This document shows positions 1 to 11,253 of a DNA stretch of 64,000 bases, piece by piece. Within the stretch, counting starts at the first letter, position 1, and each line of letters begins with the position of its first letter. The position numbers and the translations under genes are program-made. The stretch spans positions 1 to 64,000 of the forward strand of contig CAXHJY010000110.1 in assembly GCA_964016885.1 (NCBI GenBank), given 5' to 3'. Source of the stretch: Eledone cirrhosa (Eukaryota). The notes under the pieces were generated by a model. The model saw nothing but the letters and a program-made list of their open reading frames with translations, searched no databases and was not told where the DNA came from.

Positions 1-37
1 CATGGTAAATAACTGAGAGAGATACAATAGGATTAGA
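1..37 (-). mobile_element. 5' tip of a family A RTE LINE running off the left edge of the window
   Basis: Bases 1-14 (catggtaaataact) are the exact reverse complement of agttatttaccatg, the first bases of the near-full-length family A copy at 55511. The segment abuts (TA)n. Confidence 0.6.
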
Positions 38-72
<35 letters not shown>

Positions 73-87
73 ATTATATATATATAT

Positions 88-171
<84 letters not shown>

Positions 172-172
172 A

Positions 173-571
173 TTACCCAACTACACCTCTCAAAGTCAAT
201 GACACACGACCGTGACTTCTGGCGTCACGCAGTAATACAGGGTACCCGACCTCCCATGGGTACATGCTGAAGCATATAAACAATATGCCCCCCCCCCCCC
301 ACCGCAAGGTGGTCGTGGAGGTGCCACGGCAAAAAAGCACCCAGCCCACACTGTAGAGTGGACGTGTAGGCGCCACGAAAAAGCACCCAGCACTCACTGT
401 AAATGAGGTTGGTGTTAGGAAGGGCATCCAGCTGTAGAAATCAAGCCAGATCAGTTCCTGTATGAGCAAGGCATGATCAGCCGACCAGACACTGCCCACA
501 ACAGGACAACCCGTCTAACCCATGCTAGCGTGGAAGAACGGACGTAAAACGGTGATGATGATGATGATGAT
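173..571 (+). mobile_element. RTE LINE family A, 3' terminal fragment
   Basis: Near-identical to 59182-59571 (ORF end, 3' UTR, (GAT)n tail); flanked by (TA)n on both sides. Confidence 0.95.
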
Positions 572-1553
<982 letters not shown>

Positions 1554-3381
1554 ATCATCATCATCATCACCGTTTTACGTCCGTTCTTCCACGCTAGCAT
1601 GGGTTAGACGGGTTGTCCTGTTGTGGGCAGTGTCTGGTCGGCTGACGATGCCTTGCTCATACAGGAACTAATCTGGCTTGATTTCTACAGCCGGATGCCC
1701 CTCCTAACACCAACCCCACCCACAGTGAGTGCTGGGTGCTTTTTCGTGGCGCCTACACGTCCACCTCACAGCGCGGGCTGGGTGCCCTTTTTGCCGTGGC
1801 ACCTCCACGACCACCTTGCGGTGGGGGGAGTGGGGGCATATTGTTTATATGCTTCAGCATGTACCCATGGGAGGTCGGGTACCCTGTATTACTGTGTGAC
1901 GCCAGAAGTCACGGTCGTGTGTCATTGTCTTTGAGAGGTGTAGTTGGGTAAGGTCGGCTTTTATCACCTCATCCCAAGTCATCTTGGGTCTCCCCACTCC
2001 GCGGTTTTCATCAACTTCTAGTGCTCTGCACCTTTTTATGCAGCTGTCATCCTTCATACGCATCACATGTCCATACCAGCGTAACCGCCTCTCCTGCATG
2101 ATTCCTCTTATGCTCAGTCTCTCTCTCAATTCCTTTATGCTTTGTCGTTCACGTATATTACTGTTACACATCCATCGGAGCATGCAGGCTTCGTTTCTCT
2201 CTAATCTACGTAAGTCTTCCACCTTCAGCGCCCAGGTCTCACTACCATGCAACATCGCTGTTCGGATACACGCATCATACAGTCTGCCTTTCATTCTGAG
2301 GGAGAAGCCTTTTGCAGCTAGCAGTGGTAGTAGTTCCCTAAACTTCTTCCATCCCGTTCTTACCCTAGTTATTGTACTTTCTGAGCACCCACCTCCGTTG
2401 CTAATTCGGTCACCTAGGTAGCAGAAGCTGTCTACTGTTTCTACAGGGCCCTCCCAGAGATTGGTGGTACTTGTTTCCTGTGGCTGTTTGCTTGCTGTTT
2501 CAGCACAGCTGCTGCATGTGAATCCTACATTCTTAATTAAGCTTCCTGAGATCCCGCTACATCTCTTGTGTACCCATTGTTTGCATTTGGGGCAGAGAAT
2601 GGAGTTCCTACCTACACCTTTCCTACATACTGAGCAAGGCCATTTCCCTGAGGGATCTGGGTTCTGTTTTCTCGTCTACTTACAAGGACCTTAGTCTTTG
2701 TCATGTTGACTTTGAGGCCCTTTCTCTCTAGTCCCTGCTTCCAGGTTTGGAATTTGTTCTCTAGTTCTACCATAGATTCAGCTATGAGTGCGAGGTCATC
2801 AGCATACAGGAGTTCCCATGGGCATCCGGTCTTAAACTCCTCCGTTATTGCCTGCAGGACTATGATGAACAGGAGAGGGCTAAGAACAGAGCCCTGGTGG
2901 ACCCAACCTGTACGCTAAATTCCTCGCTATACTCATTGCCAATCCTAACTTTGCTGACTGCTCCCCTATACATGGCTTGTACCGCTTTCACAAGCCATTC
3001 ATCTACTCCTAGTTTTCTAAGAGCCCACCAGATTACTGCACGTGGAACTCTGTCAAAGGCTTTCTCAAGGTCGACAAATGCCAAGTAGAGTGGCTTACTT
3101 TTAGCTAGGTACTTTTCTGTAATTGCCTCACAAGGAAGAGGGCATCAGTGGTGCCTTTCCCTGGTACAAACCCAAATTGCATCTCGTCTATATTCACCCG
3201 GTCCCTAATCAGCTGTGCTATAACTCTTTCTGTTACTTTCATGACCTGGTCCATCAACTTTATACCTCTATAGTTTCCTCTATCTAGTGCATCGCCTTTA
3301 CCTTTGTAGCAGTTGACAATGATGCTACTGCACCAATCTTTTGGTATGGCCCCCTCTAGTATTACCTGGTTAACGATACGT
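1554..3381 (-). mobile_element. RTE LINE family A, 5'-truncated and frameshifted
   Basis: Minus-strand ORF pieces (NYRGIKL, FVDLEKAFDRV, RRLRWYGHV) match 56160-59279; (ATC)n tail at 1554. Confidence 0.95.
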
Positions 3382-3582
3382 ATATTTATATATATATAAA
3401 TATATATATATAAATATATATATATATAAATATATATATATATAAATATATATATATATAAATATATATATATATAAATATATATATATAAATATATATA
3501 TATATAAATATATATATATAAATATATATATATATAAATATATATATATATAAATATATATATATAAATATATATATATATA

Positions 3583-3618
<36 letters not shown>

Positions 3619-3669
3619 AATATATATATATATAAATATATATATATATAAATATATATATATATAAAT

Positions 3670-3752
<83 letters not shown>

Positions 3753-3760
3753 AATATAAT
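3382..3760. repeat. (TA)n microsatellite with TAAA interruptions
   Basis: Direct inspection. Confidence 0.95.
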
Positions 3761-6113
3761 ATAAGATCAAAAGATGGTTAAAGGAGTTCCATATATTTTA
3801 TTATGCGCATTTCAAAAACAAACATCATCATGCAATAATATTTGTGTTTTCATCAGATAAAACAGGAGAACATGATATGAAGGCTAAAAAACACTTGTGG
3901 ATAGTGCAATTTTAAATCAACATATGAAAAGTGGTTTTAGATTGATGTGTGATATTGGGAAAAATATTTTATTTAGAGAGGGGGGGGGGGAAGGATGAAT
4001 AGGGAAGGAGATGAAAGGGAGAGATGGGTGATAGATAGAAAGAGATAGTTTTTATAACTGAGAGGAGATATATTTTTTACATAGAGAGGTTGAAAACCGT
4101 TGGAAGATACTGTATAAATTAAAAATTTTGAAAATTAACGAAGGGAGGATATGTGCGAGGAAAAAATATTTTATTTAGGGAGGGGGGGGGGTGGAAAGGA
4201 TGAAAAAAAGGGGGAGGAGATGAGAGTGAAGGTGGAGAGGGAGAGATGGGTGATAGAGAGAAAGAGATAGTTTTTATAACTGAGAAAAAGATATATTGTT
4301 TTAATATAGAGAGGTTGGGAACCGTTGGAAGATAATGTATAAATTAAAGGAATTTGAAAATTAACGAAGGGAAATTATGTATGAAGATAGAGAGAAAAAA
4401 ATAATAATTGTGGGTGAATATTCTAACGTCAAAAAAAGAAATGTATGTATTGTGGCAATTTCAAAATTAGCGAAGAGAAAAATTGTTAAGGTTTGTGTGT
4501 AGAAGGATTTGAGAAAAATAATGTGAAGTTAAAGTTTGTATATTGATTGAATTGATAATATATGCGAATAAAGAGTTAATATGTATTAATAATGAGTTCG
4601 TTGATGGGGAGAAAAAAATAATAATAAATTAAGGATGAAATTGAGATTAAAAAGATTTATGATAGAGAGAAAAAATAATAATGATTGCGGATGAATATTC
4701 TAATGTCAAAACAAATGTTATGATTTTACAAGAAGATAGAATGAGGGTAATGAGTAAACGAGTATTATAGAGTGTATAATGCCCTTTAAAGTAAGGTAGA
4801 TGGGTATATTTTAAAGAGGTGTATGTATATGTGCCTTTGAGAAAAGATTCTAAATTGATAAAGAATTGAATATTAACTGTATACTTTGTGAAAAGTTCTA
4901 TGGAATTTATGCAGGCAGATAGAAAACAAATCTGTGCGTCTATTTATTATAGAATCTAGGTTAGAGATAATGGTAAATTTTTCATTTAGGCAGAGATTAC
5001 AGATTTTAGATAGAGAGCTGTTCAAGTATGAGGATGCAGAAGAAATCTTCTTCCAAAAGATGGTATATTTAATGTTTTTGTCTTTTAAGGACCATATGAG
5101 TTATGAGAGAGCAGTGTTAGTTCTTTTAAGTTTGTATTTGAAAGATGAATGATGATTATAGAGACGAGCTTTAAAAGAGGTGGAAGTGGAGCCAAAATAG
5201 GTGAAGGAATTGGTGCTAGTTATAATTTTACATTCATAAATTAAGTTTTTATCGAGACAATGGTTGTTGAGAGGACATTTATTTTTAATGCGGCAGTTGC
5301 AATTAGAGAGATTATTAATGAGTGATCTAGTGTTATCTATAGAAGGAATTGGATTGGAGAAGTTGTTTGCGATAGGAATAATAGGAATAATAGTTTCTTG
5401 ATTTAGAGTTGGATTATGAACATTTAGCAAAGTTGTGTTTGACGTTGTATTTGGGTTTACAGAAGTTAGCCTAGGGTTTACAATGACGTCGGGAGTACTA
5501 TTACTGTTATTATGAAATTCAATATTGGAAGGAAGAGATTTAGTATTTAGTATTTTGTTGTTGTGTTTAGAGATGATGTTGGAAATATTGGAGGATGTAG
5601 AATACGAAAATTTGATGGTGTGTTTGTTAAATATTTTACTATAGATATGTGAGGGGGGAAGCATTTATTTAAGGCACTAAAAAATAATTTAGGAATATTG
5701 TTATTAATAGAGATGGAGAAAGGAGCATTATACCAGATTATGTTTTTGTATCTAGGTCTTTTATTAAAATTATTGGAATGGTCATGATTAATTATTCTAC
5801 TGTAAGTTTTTCTAGAATTTGTTTCTTTATTATATTTGATTTTATCTGGATAGCCGGCTTTAGAAAGTGCGTTATTATAGTAATTGGCGTTAGCATCAAA
5901 GATGTTTTTATTAGAAGATATGTTAGATATTCTATTTCCAATATTATTAACTATAGCATTCTTGATATTGGTAGGATGGTTAGATTTAAAGTTAACATAA
6001 TTAAGGTTCTCATTGTTTTTATGGTAAGGGTAATATAAGCCAGTGTCAAGATTAAGAGATACATCCAAGAAATTAGCTAGTTTGATACTATTATCAAATT
6101 CAATTTTTAGGTT
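3761..6113 (-). mobile_element. Penelope-like element (Naiad-type), 5'-truncated: RT thumb, GIY-YIG endonuclease, long 3' UTR/pLTR with hammerhead
   Basis: Minus-strand translation [24 protein letters not shown] (RT C-terminus), then CNCR..CPL..C..NLIYEC..YFGSTSTSFKARLYNH. After a TAA at 5101 it continues LIWSLK..CNLCLNEK..INRR..CLH to ~4875. Frameshift near 5655. The 3' UTR has a ~210-bp tandem duplication (3960-4385). Flanked by (TA)n. Confidence 0.9.
3794..3864 (-). ncRNA. Type I hammerhead ribozyme
   Basis: Minus strand reads TGTTTTAT-CTGATGA-[long stem II aaacacaaatattatt/gatgatgtttgttttt]-GAAA-T(GCGC)A-TA-ATAAAATA. Core intact, stem I pairs over 8 bp, loop III is palindromic. Confidence 0.85.
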
Positions 6114-6222
6114 ATATATAAATATATATATATATATATATAAATATATATATATAAATATATATATATATAAAAATATATATATATATATATAAATATA
6201 TATATATAAATATATATATATA

Positions 6223-6284
<62 letters not shown>

Positions 6285-6425
6285 AATATATATATATAAA
6301 TATATATATATAAATATATATATATATAAATATATATATATAAATATATATATATAAATATATATATATAAATATATATATATAAATAAATATATATATA
6401 TAAATATATATATAAATATATATAT

Positions 6426-6484
<59 letters not shown>

Positions 6485-6650
6485 AATATATATATAAATA
6501 TATATATATATAAATATATATATATATAAATATATATATATATAAATATATATATATATAAATATATATATATATAAATATATATATATATAAATATATA
6601 TATATATAAATATATATATATAATATATATAAATATATATATATATATAA

Positions 6651-6681
<31 letters not shown>
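6114..6681. repeat. (TA)n microsatellite with TAAA interruptions
   Basis: Direct inspection. Confidence 0.95.
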
Positions 6682-7976
6682 CAGAAGAAATTCCAAACAT
6701 GGAAGCATGGCCTAGAATGAAAAGGCCTTAAAATTAACCTGGCTAAGACTAAAGTTCTAGTTTGTAAGAGAGAAAATAAGGTGGTGGTCCCTTCCGGGAA
6801 GTGGCCATGCTCAGTGTGTAGGAAAGGCGTAGGTAGAAACTCCATTTTGTGTCCCAAATGCAAAGTATGGGTGCATAAAAAATGTAGTGGGATCACAGGT
6901 AATCTAACTAAGAACATAGATTTTACATGTGGCCGGTGCTCTGGTCCAATAAGTAGCAGCAAGTGCCCACAAAAAACTAGCTCTTTCAACTGCGCAGAGG
7001 GTTCTATAGAAATAGTGGACAGCTTCCGTTACCTGGGTGACAAAATCAGCAGTCGGGGAGGGTGCTCTGAAAGTACAGTAGCTAGAGTCAGAACTGGATG
7101 GAAAAAGTTCAGAGAACTTATACCACTATTAGCCGCTAAAGGGTTCTCCCTAAAAGTGAAAGGCAGGTTGGACGATGCCTGCATACGAACAGCAATGTTG
7201 CATGGCAGTGAGACCTGGGCATTGTGTGCAGAGGATATATGCAGACTAGAGAGAAACGAAGCTTGCATGATCCGCTGGATGTGTAATAGTAATATACGTG
7301 AACGGCAAAGCATAAACGAACTAAGGAAAAAATTAGAAATAAGAGGGATCAGATGTTGTATACTCGAGAGAAGGCTACGTTGGTATGGTCACGTGATGCG
7401 CATGAAGGACGATAGCTGTATAACAAAGTGCAGGGCAATAAAGATAGACGGTAGCCACGGAATAGGCAGACCCAGAAAAACCTGGGACGAGCTGATAAAT
7501 TCCGACCTCACACACTTACACCTCACCAAGACAATGTCACTGGACCGAGACCTTTGGCGGTACTCATTAATAGAGAAGACCCGCCTTACCTAAATACAAA
7601 GTAAAACCTACTACATCAGTAGGCATCTCTAACAAAATACACCCCGTCCCACCACCCCCACCTCATCCACACCGCCCCTTTCAATGTAAAGTTATGTTGG
7701 TGCGACAACATCCAGGCCGAAACAAATGAGATCGTGTAGGTGTCACGTCAAAAAAACACACAGTTCACGCTGTAATGTGGCCGTGTAGGCAACACGGTAA
7801 AAACCTCCCAGCCCCACACTGTAAATGTGGTTGGTGTTAGGAAGGGCATCCAGCTGTAGAAAACCAGCCAGATAGTCCTATGCGAGCAAGATAACCACTC
7901 TTGCCTCAAGTGGGAAAACGCCCGTCCAAACCCACGCAAGCGTGGAACACGGACGTTAAACGATGATGATGATGAT
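6682..7976 (+). mobile_element. RTE LINE family B, 3' portion (PHD finger, RT C-terminus, 3' UTR, (GAT)n tail)
   Basis: ORF 6781-7593 is nearly identical to the C-terminus of 12426-15089. Confidence 0.95.
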
Positions 7977-8069
7977 ATATAAATATATATATATAATATA
8001 TATAAATATATATATATAATATATATAAATATATATATAAATATAAATATATATAATATATATAAATAT

Positions 8070-8102
<33 letters not shown>

Positions 8103-8148
8103 TAAATATATATATAAATATATATATAAATATATATATAAATATATA

Positions 8149-9030
8149 TATGTAGGCGGACAGTACCTGATTTGGAGTCGCAGAAACCAATACTGGATCT
8201 TACCATCAGTCCAGGGTCCGGGAAAGTATCAACACATATATTTTTATTGTTTGACCCGAATTACTTGGTCGTTTTGTTTTGGCTGTGCGGATGATATGTT
8301 TAACCATCATCTCAGTGTGTTTGGCCCTTAACGTATGTTGTAGCTCTGATTCATATGATTCATCGAGCGCTTGCCACACATATCGGACGTTGATTTTCGT
8401 TAATTCCTGAGCTGAAAACGATTCTCACTAATTTATATTTGTATTAATCTCCAGAGTCTAGCTATTGAGCAGTTAATTTTATTGATTTTTTCAGTTACTT
8501 ATATTGACTGTTGAATAGCTCTGTTATATTTAACCATTCTGTCGAGAGCTTTATTCGATTTGTGATATTTTGCATTCTCGCAATAATACACAACTGAATC
8601 ATTCGCTTAATAGAGGTGTTACCTCCCTTGCTGAATCCCACGAGGGGTCAGTAATAGCCACACTATCTATAGCATCTTGGAGCAAAACCCGTTGATAAAA
8701 CGACTACCTTGTTCATCATCTCACCAGAAGCCCAACATTCTTTATGTAGGCGGACAGTACCTGATTTGGAGTCGCAGAAACCAATACTGGATCTTACCAT
8801 CAGTCCAGGGTCCGGGAAAGTATCAACACATATTTTTATTGTTTGACCCGAATTACTTGGTCGTTTTGTTTTGGCTGTGCGGATGATATGTTTAACCATC
8901 AGCTCAGTGTGTTTGGCCCTTAACGTATGTTGTAGCTCTGATTCATATGATTCATCGAGCGCTTGCCACACATATCGGACGTTGATTTTCGTTAATTCCT
9001 GAGCTGAAAACGATTCTCGCTAATTTATAT
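8149..9030. repeat. Unclassified insert: two ~285-bp direct repeats around a ~310-bp spacer (1.5 units of a ~592-bp monomer), embedded in (TA)n
   Basis: 8151-8438 and 8745-9030 are near-identical. Confidence 0.85.
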
Positions 9031-9078
9031 ATAAATATATATATATATATATAAATGTATATAAATATATATAAATAT

Positions 9079-9109
<31 letters not shown>

Positions 9110-9120
9110 AATGTATATAA

Positions 9121-9171
<51 letters not shown>

Positions 9172-9242
9172 AATGTATATAAATATATATATAAATATAT
9201 ATATAAATATAAATATAAATATATATATATATATAAATATAA

Positions 9243-9291
<49 letters not shown>

Positions 9292-9603
9292 AATATATAT
9301 ATATAGATATAAATATATATATATAGATATAAATATATATAAATATATATATCTATATAAATATATATATATATAAATATATATATATATAAATATATAT
9401 ATCTATAAATATATATATCTATAATATATATATCTATAAATATATATATCTATAAATATATATATCTATAATATATATATCTATAATATATATATCTATA
9501 AATATATATATCTATAATATATATATCTATAAATATATATATCTATAATATATATATCTATAATATATATATCTATAATATATATATCTATAATATATAT
9601 ATA

Positions 9604-9881
9604 TCTATCTATCTATCTAAGGCGGGTAAAATTCCCGAGATCCATGGACGAGTTTTCTCCAGCGGTCTCTGTCCCTCATTAGCGCTGCCATATCCTGCAT
9701 CTCCAACAGACCAGTGTCTGTCCTTAAGGCATCAACATATGTTAACCTTGGTCTTCCTCTTCAGAGGAGACTGGGGTTGGCTGGACATGCTCACCGACAT
9801 CCAGAGTTGACATTGCACTCAGTGCTCCTTTGGGAGCCCCTACATGGACACACTAGAAGAGGAAGACCAAGGTTAACATAT
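9604..9881 (-). mobile_element. RTE-like LINE (family E) 3' end with an inverted upstream segment
   Basis: Minus strand 9762-9617 encodes RGRPRLTYVDALRTDTG..MRDRDRWRKLV..PP* followed by (TAGA)n. Plus strand 9762-9881 encodes the preceding QRRLGLAGHAHRH..LLWEP.HG.TRRGRPRLTY. Confidence 0.85.
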
Positions 9882-10117
9882 ATATATATATATATAAATT
9901 TATATATATAATATATATATAAATATATAATATATATAATCAGCCGTCAGGGTCTTATTTGTTCCTATTACCCACTCTACTACCCTAAGTATTGAGTACT
10001 TTGGTGTGTTATGGTCCACCTGGTTCCTTACCACATTTCCTTCATTATATATATATATAAATATATTTATATATAATATATATAATATAATATATATATA
10101 TATAATATATATAATAT

Positions 10118-10149
<32 letters not shown>

Positions 10150-10278
10150 AATATATATAATATAATATATATATATAAATATATATATATATAAATATAT
10201 ATAATATAATATATATATATAAATATATATATATATAAATATATATATATATAATATATATAAATATATATATATATA

Positions 10279-10310
<32 letters not shown>

Positions 10311-10403
10311 AATATATAAATATATAAATATATATATATATATATAAATATATAAATATATAAATATATAAATATATATAAATATATAAATATATATATA
10401 TAT

Positions 10404-10748
10404 GCTATTTCTGGGATGGCTGTTCCCTTCGGTTCCTTCGGTATAAAGTAACGTTCAAATTTTTCTCGATTCTTCTCTCCATTCGAACCCATTCATTCAA
10501 TCACTTCTATGTCCTAATTTCACACTATATCCTATTTTCACCATTCTATATCATATCTTTTCTCTAAAAATCATATTTTCCCTATCTCCGCATTTTCTCT
10601 ACCGTATTTTCTTAAACAAAACAAATCTTGTATTTTCGTTTATTGTTAAATTATGCCCAATTTTTTCTCGATTCTTCTCTCCATTCCAAAAATTTGAACG
10701 TTACTTTATACCGAAGGAACCGAAGGGAACAGCCATCCCAGAAATAGC
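10404..10748. repeat. Duplicated 5' end of the family B LINE followed by its inverted copy
   Basis: 10404-10686 matches 11254 onward; 10688-10748 is the reverse complement of 10404-10464. Confidence 0.9.
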
Positions 10749-10791
10749 ATATATATATATATTTATATATTTATATATATTTATATATTTA

Positions 10792-10841
<50 letters not shown>

Positions 10842-10930
10842 TTATATATATATTTATATATTTATATATATATTTATATATTTATATATATATTTATATA
10901 TTTATATATATATATATATATTTATATATT

Positions 10931-10997
<67 letters not shown>

Positions 10998-11124
10998 ATT
11001 TATATATATTATATATATATATATTTATATATATATATAAATATATATAATATAATATATATATATAAATATATATATATATAAATATATATATATATAA
11101 TATATATAAATATATATATATATA

Positions 11125-11156
<32 letters not shown>

Positions 11157-11253
11157 AATATATAAATATATCTATATATATATAAATATATAAATATATA
11201 TATATATATATAAATATATAAATATATATAAATATATAAATATATATATATAT

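Noticed and set aside
5101-5103. In-frame stop in the Naiad-type endonuclease as a selenocysteine codon
   Set aside because: The codon is TAA, not TGA, and is not at a Cys position. The conserved Cys residues are normally encoded and no convincing SECIS was seen.
5547-6989. 480-aa ORF as a fusion protein
   Set aside because: Chance read-through of antisense RTE, TA tract and Penelope-like RT.
8605-8665. HDV-like or twister ribozyme (acccctcgtggg..gaggtaacacctc on the minus strand)
   Set aside because: A P3/L3-like word and a hairpin are present, but I could not find P1 and P2 partners.
10404-10748. MITE with ~60-bp terminal inverted repeats
   Set aside because: The symmetry extends into the flanking microsatellite pattern and the sequence is the neighbouring LINE's 5' UTR, so a local rearrangement explains it better.
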